A stretch of DNA of 64,000 nucleotides, taken from the NCBI GenBank assembly GCA_032718475.1, contig JAUCBJ010000701.1, positions 7,624 through 71,623 of the forward strand, written 5' to 3'. This stretch comes from Nemertoderma westbladi (lineage: Eukaryota; Animalia; Xenacoelomorpha). Positions 48,651 to 61,677 of the stretch are shown one piece after another; position 1 is the stretch's first letter, and each line of letters begins with the position of its first letter. Under the pieces are notes generated by a model. That model had not been told where the DNA came from, did not search any database, and was given only the letters and a program-made list of their open reading frames with translations. The translations under genes were made by a program, and so were the position numbers.

Positions 48651-49395
48651 ACACGTTCGTGGGGCCTTCGCGCAGCACGAGGCCCAGTTATTAGATACAA
48701 ATTAAAATTGAGCGACTGTATCACAAAATCAGGTTTTGAGAAATTTACCCACACCACCAATCAATCAAAGAAAGGGGGACAGTACGTGTTCACCCCTTTT
48801 AATCCCCCCCCCCCCCAACCTTCCCAACCACCAATACATAACCGGGACATCTACCACCCACGGAAGGGTAGCACGAACTTATTTCCAATCGCACGTTAAA
48901 TATGCAAAGCCAGGTGGTTTATAGGAATATAATAAACGCAGTACTCGTTTTCATTATAAGCCTCTTTGCGTTCGTCCTGTTTTGTATTTAAATATATTTC
49001 TTAAACGCAGGCTGACGATATTTATAATAATAATAATTAGGGATGCGATCAATATGTGAAGCCAGGTGGTTTATATAATAATTTAGTCAACGAGGTACTC
49101 GTCTTCATTATATGCCTCGTTGCGCTCGTCGCTTGTCCTGTTTTGTCATAAAATATTTTTCCTAAACGCAGACTGACGATCTTTATACAGTTATAACTAT
49201 GCGAAGTTTCGAAACTGTGCGATACATCTATGTGGAGATGTGTGATATGTGGAGATGTGTGATACAACGCCAACGCATCTTATGCCGATGTAGTAATATG
49301 GGTATTGAAATAATATTAAATCAATGTACACTCTTAAAGCTGCAGCGAAAAAATGTAGCTAATTTCCTAGGTTACATATAAAATAATAATATTAT
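48651..49395 (+). mobile_element. Partial copy of the Helentron-like 1.55-kb unit
   Basis: Reverse complement of ~56640-57392. Confidence 0.8.
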
Positions 49396-49599
49396 TTTTT
49401 TAACAGCAATCAGACAACAGCTCAGCCTACAAATCGTCTGTACAATCTGATCAGGTTTACACGCCTTCTGTTCAATACTGGCCTACAAACAAATAAAACT
49501 TGACAGAAATAAGTAAAAATCTCAATAAAAAACCAGGGCTGCAGTCCCTGATTAATTATTAAGGCCTACCGGTATATAACTATCAAAATCGAATAATAC

Positions 49600-52287
49600 T
49601 AATGTACTTATATGGGAAGTACCGGTTAGGACAGTTAGGCCTACGGACCTACAGAAGTACCGGTTCTGGCAGTTGGACCTACGGACCTAAGGCAGTACCG
49701 GTTCTGGCTGTTCGCGCTTTCGAAGACCTTTAGCAGTTTAACCTGCCAAAATTTATATGTCTTTTCGTTAATTAAAACCACTTTAGCATACGACAATAAT
49801 TTATGCTAATACGCAAAACATTAGCCGAAGTCAGCCCATGCGCGATCATTCACCCGATGGATCTACACCCGGGAGACTGAATTCGGATGCTTGAATTGTA
49901 TTATTACAGTGTAAGGTTGCAGTGTATACCTAATGTATTATTCGATAGATCGTTAATAATTAATCTCTGACAGATATTATTGGCTTTCGGGAAATATTAA
50001 CAGTTCCTTTAGGACGTGGCGCTTTATCTATTTAAACAGAACTAAGACTTATACTAAACGCAATGATACTGCCTATGATTAAAGTATAAAACGTATTCTT
50101 TAGGAAATACTTTGTTACCAATCACAATCATACACACTATTCTGCCGACAGTCAGTACATTTGATCACACATAAAGAGAGCAGTAATTGACTCACGTAGG
50201 GTCTGCTAAATAACATTGGATTCAATACACACCACATTAATATAAATCGCAATTGTTATGTATAGCCGGTCTCTCTAACCTGTAGTGTTATCAAGAAAAT
50301 TGGGAATTGGGTGATTTATCCGTATTATCCAAATAGCAATATTTCCATCAACAAATATTTACAATTAATAACTGACGGTAAAATAACAGTACAAACAATA
50401 TGATTAATGAGTTAGTTAGGTAACAGTTTATACTTTCGATAATTCAAGCAGTTTACGGTACAGCAGTATCTATCCAAAAATGCCGGTGTTTCTGGCTTAG
50501 ACAGCAATAACAACAAAGTATCAAGAAAAAACAGTAAGACTGAACACTCTCCTTATGATCGGCAGAAAAGCTACACGTCGACAGGAAAAACCGCCCTGAT
50601 TGGCCCAAGCCAAACAAAGAACCACGCGTCCAATGGCTGTTTCCATGTCAGCAACCAGCTGCTAGATGTCGTAATATGAATCATCACGGCTAAGCTGTGA
50701 AAGGTGGTTGGTGCATTACAAGTTTTTTGTCTTACCATGTCCACTAAAACACGTATATAGCAGAATTACTTTTATGTCCGTTAAAACCCCTGTAAAGGTA
50801 CCTTGCGGGCGAGGGGAACATATATACAGTTAGAAAACCTTTTTTAGAGTATTCCAGCGCCTGGGGGGGAACTGGCCAGCAAAGGCAAACGTATCAGTTA
50901 TCCCACAAAAGCTTTTACACTGGCAGTTGGGCCTACTGACCTACAGATGTACCGGTTCAGGTTTACCGGTTGACCGGTACTTTCAACTTTATTGCTTACT
51001 GCAATAAAGAAGCTATATCCTTTAATGTTCGCGCTTTCAGACCTTTGGCAGTTTAACCCGCCAAATTAAGATGTCTTCTAGATATTAAATCGCTTTTTAG
51101 CCTATGACAAGTATTTGATTCACTACACTAGTCGAAACCAATCTGTGCGCGATCATTCACCCGCTGGATATTCCCGGGAGATTGGGTTCGACGGTTTAAT
51201 TTTATTGCTATGTAAGCCTAATGTATTATTCGACTGACAGTATTATATAATCTCTGACAATATTATTCACCTTCGGGAATATTAACAGTTCCTTTAGGAC
51301 GTGGCGCTTTATCTATATAAACAGAGTTATGACTTAAACTACTCACAACGATATGGCTTAATTATAATTCACATATATGGCGCATTCTTTAGGAAATGCT
51401 TCTTTAACAGACTCACTCGTACACAATGCTGCACAATACTGCACACTAATCTGCCAATCTTCACTGATTTTAGTCACATATAAAAGGAACACAGACTGAC
51501 TCATGTAGGGTCTATCAAATAACATTAGATTCACTTCAAACCACTTTAACATAAGTCACAATCGTCATTGGTAACCTTTCTCTCTTACCTTCGGTATATC
51601 AAGAATATTGGGTGTCGGGGTTATTTCTCGTTATTCCAATATAATAATTCATCAACAAATATAATGAATAACCGACAACAAATAACAATATACAGTATCG
51701 ATTGAGCAGGTAATTTTAGCAGTTTCAGCAGTTATTAAAAGCCGTGTGTCAGCAGTGATTACGAAATTGCAGTGATTCCATGAGTTAAAGGATATATGTC
51801 CTTATAATTAAACCTACTAGTGTTGAGCTAAAAAGCAGAATGCACAAAACACTACAAAGCCGTTCTTTCGTGGCTTTGAAAAACTCGTGACTACTGCTCT
51901 ATACAAGGATACCAACTACCCTTATTCCACGAAGCTCCCGTTCAACACAGAGAAAGAGCAGTGAGATAGGAAAATTTCAGTTCAGTAGCTCTGTGATAGG
52001 TCAAAATCAAAGCTAACTCAAATTCTATTGGGAGATACAGAAAGTTGCAACGTGGCAATATCAGCCGTTAGCCGTCGTCATGGTAGCGACACTGTTTTCA
52101 AGAGTATCGAGCCTTTTACGTCACGAAATTACAGATTATGTCCTCTAAAGTACAAATACAGAAGAAATGGCTTTTATGTCCTCCAAAACACCAGTACAGC
52201 AAGGACACGGCCTTTTTATGCCTGGTAAACCAACCACAGAGTACTTTACGGGGATAATAACCGGCTAATTACGCAAAAGCTTTTACA
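49600..52287. repeat. Two diverged ~1.3-kb tandem units
   Basis: Collinear anchors: gttcgcgctttc (~49710/~51027), acagttcctttaggacgtggcgctttatctat (~50000/~51286), caaaagcttttaca (~50906/~52274). Confidence 0.75.
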
Positions 52288-52605
52288 AGGCCACAGGTTC
52301 TTGAGATATGGAGAATTAATTTCAAAGACAGCTGCCATTTTATTAGCCCCTGATTTTTTATTATTGATAGTAACAATGTGTTGGCAAGCTGTATTTTTCG
52401 AGGTGTTTGTTATTATACATTTATTATAGGAAGGGATCTAGGGGTCGTAACCTCGAATGATAAGTTTATTTTACCGAAAATAACTTATCTTTTATTGGCG
52501 CAATTGTGGGACTAATCCCATCACATGCGTACTTTTTAACCGGGTAGTGTACAAATTTAGAAATCGCGTTATTTTTCTTGAAATTAATATCTCATATCTC
52601 TCCAA

Positions 52606-52648
52606 ACCACGTACGCGTTTCGACCTTACTGGGTCTCATCAGCGTGGT
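52606..52648 (-). ncRNA. Minimal type I hammerhead ribozyme, copy 1
   Basis: ACCACG-CUGAUGA-GACC-caguaa-GGUC-GAAA-CGC-GUA-CGUGGU: intact core, stem I 6 bp, stem II 4 bp, palindromic ACGCGU stem III. Confidence 0.9.
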
Positions 52649-52651
52649 GTC

Positions 52652-52704
52652 GGAATCGAACCTGGGACCTCGAGGCGGAAGCTGAGACTACAACCACTAG
52701 GCCA
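52652..52704 (-). promoter_or_regulatory. tRNA-type internal Pol III promoter (A and B boxes); second copy 53063-53115
   Basis: A-box TGGCCTAGTGG (52694-52704) and B-box GGTTCGATTCC (52652-52662) at tRNA-like spacing. Confidence 0.8.
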
Positions 52705-53016
52705 CAGGTTCTTGAGATATGGAGAATTAATTTCAAAGACAGCTGCCATTTTATTAGCCCCTGATTTTTGATTATTGATAGTAACAATGTGTTGGCAAGC
52801 TGTATTTTTCGAGGTGTTTGTTATTATACATTTATTATAGGAAGGGATCTAGGGGTCTTAACCTCGAATGATAAGTTTATTTTACCGAAAATAACTTATC
52901 TTTTATTGGCGCAATTGTGGGACTAATCCCATCACATGCGTACTTTTTAACCGGGTAGTGTACAAATTTAGGAATCGCGTAATTTTTCTTGAAATTAATA
53001 TCTCATATCTCTCCAA

Positions 53017-53059
53017 ACCACGTACGCGTTTCGACCTTACTGGGTCTCATCAGCGTGGT
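53017..53059 (-). ncRNA. Minimal type I hammerhead ribozyme, copy 2
   Basis: Identical to copy 1. Confidence 0.9.
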
Positions 53060-53271
53060 GTCGGATTCGAACCTGGGACCTCGAGGCGGAAGCTGAGACT
53101 ACAACCACTAGGCCACAGGTTCTTGAGATATGGAGAATTAATTTCAAAGACAGCTGCCATTTTATTAGCCCCTGATTTTTGATTATTGATAGTAACAATG
53201 TGTTGGCAAGCTGTATTTTTCGAGGTGTTTGTTATTATACATTTATTATATATATTATTATTATATATTTA

Positions 53272-54190
53272 TTATTTATTATATCTTCCTATAATATTAT
53301 TAGTGGCAATGCCTAAATACGTAATAAGGCGGGAATAGCCATCAATACCACCATGAACCACAAGGTTCCATCTTACCAATCTATGGTGGCCATCAATATG
53401 CCACAGACTGTTTGCGGCCTTTACGGAATATTGCCGCCTTGTGACTATGGCACCCCACCTTATAGCAGTACCTACTGGATCTATATAATGCAGAATTCTG
53501 TGAACACGTGGCAAGCTAACAACAACCGACCTCGAACGCAAAATCGAGTTTATCATTCGGCAACCCGCATGAGGATATTCTCTCCTAATTTCTTTCACCA
53601 AATTACATAAATCTTCCTCTGTTATTTCAGTCATTTCTCTTCGAATACCAAGTTCCCGAACTCTCGCCATTATACAAGAACGACTAACTCCCAACATTGT
53701 TGCAATTTGAGACCAAGTAAAGCCGCAGTCTTTCAAATATGTTAAAGTCTCTTCCCGTATATCGAATTCCGGCCTACCGACTGGGTTGATGGAATCACTT
53801 AGATTACTGGTAGTTTGCAGTCTTAATACACCTTCAACTATTGTAGTGCAACTAATTGACTCCCGGCGCCGACATTATCTGTAGGTGCAGAAACTAATGC
53901 GTTTCGAAGAAATAATATCTATTAAAATAATCTATCCCCGCTGTATTATCGTCCACATTTATGTCATTTACGAGATTTAAACAAGATATTGAATTTTCAA
54001 GCCTTTGAAGCAATTTGAATGTATCTCGTACGAAAGATGGATGCTTTCAGGCGATATGTACTCATCTGATTGATTCTGCAACATGATACCACAACTGGGG
54101 CAAAAGTTATCGGAAGTTATGTTAACTTCGTGCCGACAGTGCCGGCATAATCCATAGAATCAGACCACTCAGAATCCACAGAATCCATAG
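53272..54190 (-). pseudogene. IS3EU/IS481-like DDE transposase fragment, 3'-truncated
   Basis: [18 protein letters not shown]; [37 protein letters not shown]. Cut off at the 411-bp array. Confidence 0.8.
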
Positions 54191-54335
54191 TTATTTCTGT
54201 GTGAACCAGGCGCAAAGTTTTCAGGAACTCTAGCCTAGCATACAGCATATGCCTATAGGTGTACAGTTGTACCATAGTCAAAGTGCAGAAATGCAGTACT
54301 ATCTATCTATGCACCAATCAGGTAATTCAAATAAT

Positions 54336-54470
54336 TCAACAATTAATATTTGCGCGAAACAAATAATTTAAGCGCTTAACAATTAATTTTTTTGCGCGAA
54401 ACAAATAATTTTTGCGCGTAACAATTAATTTTTGCGCGTAACAATTAATTTTTGCGCGAAACAATTCGGT
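54336..54470. repeat. ~20-bp tandem repeats (aacaattaatttttgcgcg), probable transposon subterminal array
   Basis: About 6 copies visible. Confidence 0.7.
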
Positions 54471-54604
54471 CCTATGATACATGAAAAAAAATCCCCACCA
54501 AACAGTGAATAGAAAAACCAAATGTATGCCATAGAGCATACCTCTAGGGAGATAGAAGAGGGGGTTGGCGTCAGCTACCTCTGCTATTCTTTGATCAATT
54601 TTTT

Positions 54605-55737
54605 TAAACGTGAAAACTGACATCTAAAATAAAATCAGCACCCATTAAAACCCCCATAACGAGAATGTTAGTTAGTTTGTATTCTTTTTTAAGTTTTGAC
54701 AGACTGACTGACTGACAGAAAGGCCGACAAACAGACAGACTAGATTTATGTAAACCTGAAAACTGACACCAGAAATGAAATCAGCACCCCTTAAAACCCC
54801 CATAGCGAGAATGTTAGTTAATTTGAATTATCTTTTAAGTTTTGACAGACTGACTGACAGAATGACCGACAGACAGACAGACTAGATTTATGTAAACGTG
54901 AAAACTGACATCAGAAATGTAATCAGCACTCCTTAAAACCCCCATAGCGAGAATGTTAGCGACAAGTTTTAAATATTAACCATATTTCGTAAGATATATT
55001 TTAAAACATTTATTTATTAATAATGCAATAACTGAATAACCAGATAACGGAAAGACAAATCGAATTGAAACTTTTAATTACTAATAATAATTGTGGTGAG
55101 AGGTGATGGAAATCAAGAATATATGTTATGTTATGGAGCACGCGTTGGTAGGCACAGGCAAATGAATTGATGTCTGTTGAGATGTATTGAAGGAGCACTA
55201 TTCCTTCTACTGGACTAACGAGAATGTTAGTTAGTTTGTATTCTATTTTTAAGTTTTGACAGACTGACTGACTGACAGAAAGGCCGACAAACAGACAGAC
55301 TAGATTTATGTAAACCTGAAAACTGACACCAGAAATGAAATCAGCACCCCTTAAAACCCCCATAGCGAGAATGTTAGTTAATTTGAATTATCTTTTAAGT
55401 TTTGACAGACTGACTGACAGAATGACCGACAGACAGACAGTCTAGATTTATGTAAACGTGAAAACTGACATCAGAAATGTAATCAGCACTCCTTAAAACC
55501 CCCATAGCGAGAATGTTAGCGACAAGTTTTAAATATTAACCATATTTCGTAAGATATATTTTAAAACATTTATTTATTAATAATGCAATAACTGAATAAC
55601 CAGATAACGGAAAGACAAATCGAATTGAAACTTTTAATTACTAATAATAATTGTGGTGAGAGGTGATGGAAATCAAGAATATATGTTATGTTATGGAGCA
55701 CGCGTTGGTGGGCACAGGCAAATGAATTGATGTCTGT
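54605..55737. repeat. Helentron/HINE-like repeat with GACA microsatellites, ~560-bp tandem duplication
   Basis: Repeated aaactgacatcagaaatgtaatcagcac..ttaaaacccccatagcgagaatgttag. The same family occurs at 44820-46245 and 48580-48650. Confidence 0.75.
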
Positions 55738-58700
55738 GGGGCGAGCCACGAAGTGAGTGAGCCTTAGCGTAGTGGTACCATTAATCAACCTGTGGGGCGA
55801 GCCACGAAGTGAGTGAGCCTTAGCGTAGTGGTACCATTAATCAACCTGTCGTTCTGTCGTTCTGTCGTTCTGTCGCGTCCAATTTTAAACGTTAATAACT
55901 CAGCCAATCTTTGATGAAATCTATCCAAACTTGGTACACATGTTGTTTGGCAAAAGTTTAGAAATTTTCCAAGTAGAATTTCCGTGTGGCCTTCGAGAAG
56001 CTAAGATAATAGCAGTTAATTAGTTAATTAAGTTGATTACGGTAAAAACACCATTTTCAACCTGCCTGTTAAAGGAAATTAATTGTTTTACAGTATAAGA
56101 TTTAAATAATTATACTTAAAAATTATACAGATGTAATCCACATACGCCATTCTATTATAGTTTTTAATTAGTTCAAGTGATTTGCTTTATTAATTGTGTC
56201 TTTAATTGATCTAAAGTAATTAAAACGTCATAAAAAATTGATTCTCATTAAATACTGCTCATTTATTGGCTAACATGCTGGTACAATGGAAGGATGTGTG
56301 TGTAAGGCAGCTAGTGCTGGGAATGATTATTGGTCAAGTCTCTGCTGGTGTGGAGCTAGCTGGGAGTTGTGGCTGTAGACTAACCAGAGAGAAATTGTAA
56401 TAGGCAACCAGTATTGCTATTCCAGCCCAGGCAGCATTCCAACATCCCAACATCCTTCCTGTATTGACTCTACTATAAGTGTTGTATTGCTATCTCAGGT
56501 AAATGACAGATATAATAACATAAATACCATCCATGGCATGGCTGTTGTGTAGGCTTATCTGAAATAGTTTATTCCACAATGTATATGTCTGGTTATTTTT
56601 TAATTGAATTTTTGCAAAGTAGTAAAATTAATGTTCTTAAAAATAATATTATTATTTTATATGTAACCTAGGAAATTAGCTACATTTTTTCGCTGCAGCT
56701 TTAAGAGTGTACATTGATTTAATATTATTTCAATACCCATATTACTACATCGGCATAAGATGCGTTGGCGTTGTATCACACATCTCCACATATCACACAT
56801 CTCCACATAGATGTATCGCACAGTTTCGAAACTTCGCATAGTTATAACTGTATAAAGATCGTCAGTCTGCGTTTAGGAAAAATATTTTATGACAAAACAG
56901 GACAAGCGACGAGCGCAACGAGGCATATAATGAAGACGAGTACCTCGTTGACTAAATTATTATATAAACCACCTGGCTTCACATATTGATCGCATCCCTA
57001 ATTATTATTATTATAAATATCGTCAGCCTGCGTTTAAGAAATATATTTAAAACCAAAACAGGACGAACGCAAAGAGGCTTATAATGAAAACGAGTACTGC
57101 GTTTATTATATTCCTATAAACCACCTGGCTTTGCATATTTAACGTGCGATTGGAAATAAGTTCGTGCTACCCTTCCGTGGGTGGTAGATGTCCCGGTTAT
57201 GTATTGGTGGTTGGGAAGGTTGGGGGGGGGGGGGGGGGGATTAAAAGGGGTGAACACGTACTGTCCCCCTTTCTTTGATTGATTGGTGGTGTGGGTAAAT
57301 TTCTCAAAACCTGATTTTGTGATACAGTCGCTCAATTTTAATTTGTATCTAATAACTGGGCCTCGTGCTGCGCGAAGGCCCCACGAACGTGTCGTTCTGT
57401 CGTTCTGTCGTTCTGTCGCGTCCAATTTTAAACGTTAATAACTCAGCCAATCTTTGATGAAATCTATCCAAACTTGGTACACATGTTGTTTGGCAAAAGT
57501 TTAGAAATTTTCCAAGTAGAATTTCCGTGTGGCCTTCGAGAAGCTAAGATAATAGCAGTTAATTAGTTAATTAAGTTGATTACGGTAAAAACACCATTTT
57601 CAACCTGCCTTTTAAAGGAAATTAATTGTTTTACAGTATAAGATTTAAATAATTATACTTAAAAATTATACAGATGTAATCCACATACGCCATTCTATTA
57701 TAGTTTTTAATTAGTTCAAGTGATTTGCTTTATTAATTGTGTCTTTAATTGATCTAAAGTAATTAAAACGTCATAAAAAATTGATTCTCATTAAATACTG
57801 CTCATTTATTGGCTAACATGCTGGTACGATGGAAGGATGTGTGTGTAAGGCAGCTATTTGCTGGGAATGATTATTGGTCAAGTCTCTGCTGGTGTGGAGC
57901 TAGCTGGCTTGGAGTTGTGGCTGTAGACTAACCAGAGAGGAATTGTACTGTAATAGGCAACCAGTATTGCTATTCCAGCCCAGACATCATTCTTTAAATC
58001 CAACATCCCAACATCCTTCCTGTATTGACTCTACTATAAGTGTTGTATTGCTATCTCAGGTAAATGACAGATATAATAACATAAATACAATCCATGGCAT
58101 GGCTGTTGTGTAGGCTTCTGAAATAGTTTATTCCACAATGTATATGTCTGGTTATTTTTTAATTGAATTTTTGCAAAGTAGTAAAATTAATGTTCTTAAA
58201 AATAATATTATTATTTTATATGTAACCTAGGAAATTAGCTACATTTTTTCGCTGCAGCTTTAAGAGTGTACATTGATTTAATATTATTTCAATACCCATA
58301 TTACTACATCGGCATAAGATGAGTTGGCGTTGTATCACACATCTCCACATAGCAGACATCTCCACATAGATGTATCAACAGTTACTCGCACAGTTTCGAA
58401 ACTTCGCATAGTTATAACTGTATAAAGATCGTCAGTCTGCGTTTAGGAAAAATATTTTATGACAAAACAGGACAAGCGACGAGCGCAACGAGGCATATAA
58501 TGAAGACGAGTACTGCGTTGACTAAATTGTTATATAAACCACCTGGCTTCACATATTGATCGCATCCCTAGTTATTATTATTATAAAGATCGTCCTAGCC
58601 TGCGTTTAAGAAATATATTTAAATACAAAACAGGACGAACGCAAAGAGGCTTATAATGAAAACGAGTACTGCGTTTATTATATTCCTATAAACCACCTGG

Positions 58701-60505
58701 CTTTGCATATTTAACGTGCGATTGGAAATAAGTTCGTGCTACCCTTCCGTGGGTGGTAGATGTCCCGGTTATGTATTGGTGGTTGGGAAGGGTGGGGGGG
58801 GGGGGGATTAAAAGGGGTGAACACGTACTGTCCGCCTTTCTTTGATTGATTGGTGGTGTGGGTAAATTTCTCAAAACCTGATTTTGTGATACAGTCGCTC
58901 AATTTTAATTTGTATCTAATAACTGGGCCTCGTGCTGCGCGAAGGCCCCACGAACGTGTCGTTCTGTCGCTTTTTTTGCAGTGTTCAATTTTAAACGTTA
59001 ATAACTCGGCCAATCTTTGATGAAATCTATCCAAACTTGGTACACATGTTGTTTGGCAAAAGTTTAGAAATTTTCCAAGTAGAATTTCCTTGTGGCCTTC
59101 GAGAAGCTAAGATAATAGCAGTTAATTAGTTAATTAAGTTATTACGGTAAAAACACCATTTTCAACCTGCCTTTTAAAGGAAATTAATTGTTTTACAGTA
59201 TAAGATTTAAATAATTATAATTAAAAATTATACAGATGTAATCCACATACCCCATTCTATTATAGTTTTTAATTAGTTAAAGTGATTTGCTTTATTAATT
59301 GTGTCTTTAATTGATCTAAAGTAATTAAAACGTCATAAAAAATTGATTCTCATTAAATACTGCTCATTTATTGGCTAACATGCTGGTAAGATGGAAGGAT
59401 GTGTGTGTAAGGCAGCAGCTAGTTGCTGGGAATGATTATTGGTCATGTCTCTGCTGGTGTGGAGCTAGCTTGGAGTTGTGGCTGTAGACTAACCAGAGAG
59501 AAATTGTAATAGGCAACCAGTATTGCTATTCCAGCCCAGGCAGCATTCCAACATCCCAACATCCTTCCTGTATTGACTCTACTATAAGTGTTGTATTGCT
59601 ATCTCAGGTAAATGACAGATATAATAACATAAATACCATCCATGGCATGGCTGTTGTGTAGGCTTATCTGAAATAGTTTATTCCACAATGTATATGTCTG
59701 GTTATTTTTTAATTGAATTTTTGCAAAGTAGTAAAATTAATGTTCTTAAAAATAATATTATTATTTTATATGTAACCTAGGAAATTAGCTACATTTTTTC
59801 GCTGCAGCTTTAAGAGTGTACATTGATTTAATATTATTTCAATACCCATATTACTACATCGGCATAAGATGCGTTGGCGTTGTATCACACATCTCCACAT
59901 ATCACACATCTCCACATAGATGTATCGCACAGTTTCGAAACTTCGCATAGTTATAACTGTATAAAGATCGTCAGTCTGCGTTTAGGAAAAATATTTTATG
60001 ACAAAACAGGACAAGCGACGAGCGCAACGAGGCATATAATGAAGACGAGTACTGCGTTGACTAAATTGTTATATAAACCACCTGGCTTCACATATTGATC
60101 GCATCCCTAGTTATTATTATTATAAAGATCGTCCTAGCCTGCGTTTAAGAAATATATTTAAATACAAAACAGGACGAACGCAAAGAGGCTTATAATGAAA
60201 ACGAGTACTGCGTTTATTATATTCCTATAAACCACCTGGCTTTGCATATTTAACGTGCGATTGGAAATAAGTTCGTGCTACCCTTCCGTGGGTGGTAGAT
60301 GTCGCGGTTATGTATTGGTGGGTGGGGGGAGGGGGGGGGGGGGGGTGTGCAGATTAAAAGGGGTGAACACGTACTGTCCCCCTTTCTTTGATTAATTGGT
60401 GGTGTGGGTTAATTTCTCAAAACCTGATTTTGTGATACAGTCGCTCAATTTTAATTTGTATCTAATAACTGGGCCTCGTGCTGCGCGAAGGCCCCACGAA
60501 CGTGT
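55737..60505 (-). mobile_element. Helentron-like element as a head-to-tail trimer of a ~1.55-kb unit
   Basis: Three near-identical units with one duplicated terminal module at 55737-55850. Inserted in tgtctgT/Tgagatg with no TSD (empty site at 55171-55184). Confidence 0.75.
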
Positions 60506-60759
60506 TGAGATGTATTGAAGGAGCACTATTCCTTCTACTGGACTACTATGTCCTTGTGTACTAGCCTAGGCACTGGCTTGGCCAATGACTTTAGCTTGCC
60601 AACTGTAAAACTTCAAGAAATATTATTGGGCACGGCTGCCCTTGCCATGCCTTCTGCTCTATGGGGGAGAATGGAATCAGCGTATGAATTTACAATGTTA
60701 ATTATGTTTAAATCAATTAAAAATACATTTATTAACGCAAATCACTTGAAAAAATAAAA

Positions 60760-61105
60760 AACTATAATGGGATGGGGTACATGGATTCCAGATATCTAAT
60801 TTATGTGCAAAATAACTTTAATCGTATGGTGCTAAACAATTAATTTCCATGGAGAGACCGTTCAAAATGACTCAACCATACAATTTAGCTGAAGATATTA
60901 ACTTCGATTATGGCTTCCGACATTTATGGCTACCGACACACACACACACACACACGTCACACACAGACTTTTCAAAAACGGCCATAGTATAATTATATCA
61001 GTTCGCTGATGGCTCGCCATACGTGTCTCGCCCCAGTTCGCTGATGGCTCGCCATACGTGTCTCGCCCCAGTTCGCTGATGGCTCGCCATTCGTGTCTCG
61101 CCCCA
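60760..61105 (+). mobile_element. Second HINE-like element with (CA)n and 35-bp terminal repeats
   Basis: (ca)n at ~60936-60965; cagttcgctgatggctcgccatacgtgtctcgcccca x3. Confidence 0.5.
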
Positions 61106-61469
61106 CATAAACATCCTATAGGAATTAACAGACCCTTATGAGTTTAGTGGCGGTTTGTAACAAACTTAACCTCTTGGCATATTGATATTAATATTAATTA
61201 TAAATTATATTTATTATACCATGGTAATGGTAAAATCGCCAGATCTAAAAAGTTCGCACAATAATTTAAATAAAATTATTAAAAGTTTGACATCCGATTC
61301 ATCCGAATAAAATCAGATTTACGCCTTAGCAGCCCAACTACTTGTTGAGGCTCACTCAACGTGTTGGCGGGCCTATTTTACACAAGCGGCGTTACCTTTA
61401 CCGTATGGTAGTTAATTTGTCCAGATGTTGAGTTACAGCCAGTAGTGTGTACTTTGCATGCTTGTACTT

Positions 61470-61677
61470 TGGCAGCCTCATGGAGTGAATAAGCATGGTG
61501 GACAGCCCATGACTTTCTTGAGACGCATCTTAAAGGACACTGGCCTTAAAGATGCGGATGATCTAGCAAATGTCATGGGTGATAGGGAGTTGTGGCGGTG
61601 CAATTTTGTTGACAAGCCGGCACAGCATTCTTAAAAATGCAGCTGCAATGCAGCATGCCGATCCTAGTAGTGGTAGT
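61470..61677 (+). mobile_element. 3' end of the RTE LINE family of 5882-6566
   Basis: Reverse complement of ~5882-6085, ending gccgatcctagtagtggtag. Confidence 0.85.

Larger units (their letters stand above)
52288..53250 (-). repeat. 411-bp tandem array (~2.3 units), retrozyme/SINE-like, with Pol III boxes and hammerhead ribozyme
   Basis: Near-identical units offset by 411 nt. Each full unit has an A-box, a B-box and a hammerhead on the minus strand. Confidence 0.9.

Noticed and set aside
52650-52712. Functional tRNA gene on the minus strand
   Set aside because: A and B boxes are present, but there is no convincing acceptor stem and it runs directly into a hammerhead within a tandem repeat.
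52547-53182. Duplicated 74-aa ORFs
   Set aside because: Antisense to the Pol III/hammerhead unit, with non-ATG starts.
48708-60098. Recurrent 60-107 aa ORFs in the 1.55-kb unit
   Set aside because: Repeated only because the DNA is repeated; frames shift with poly-C length.
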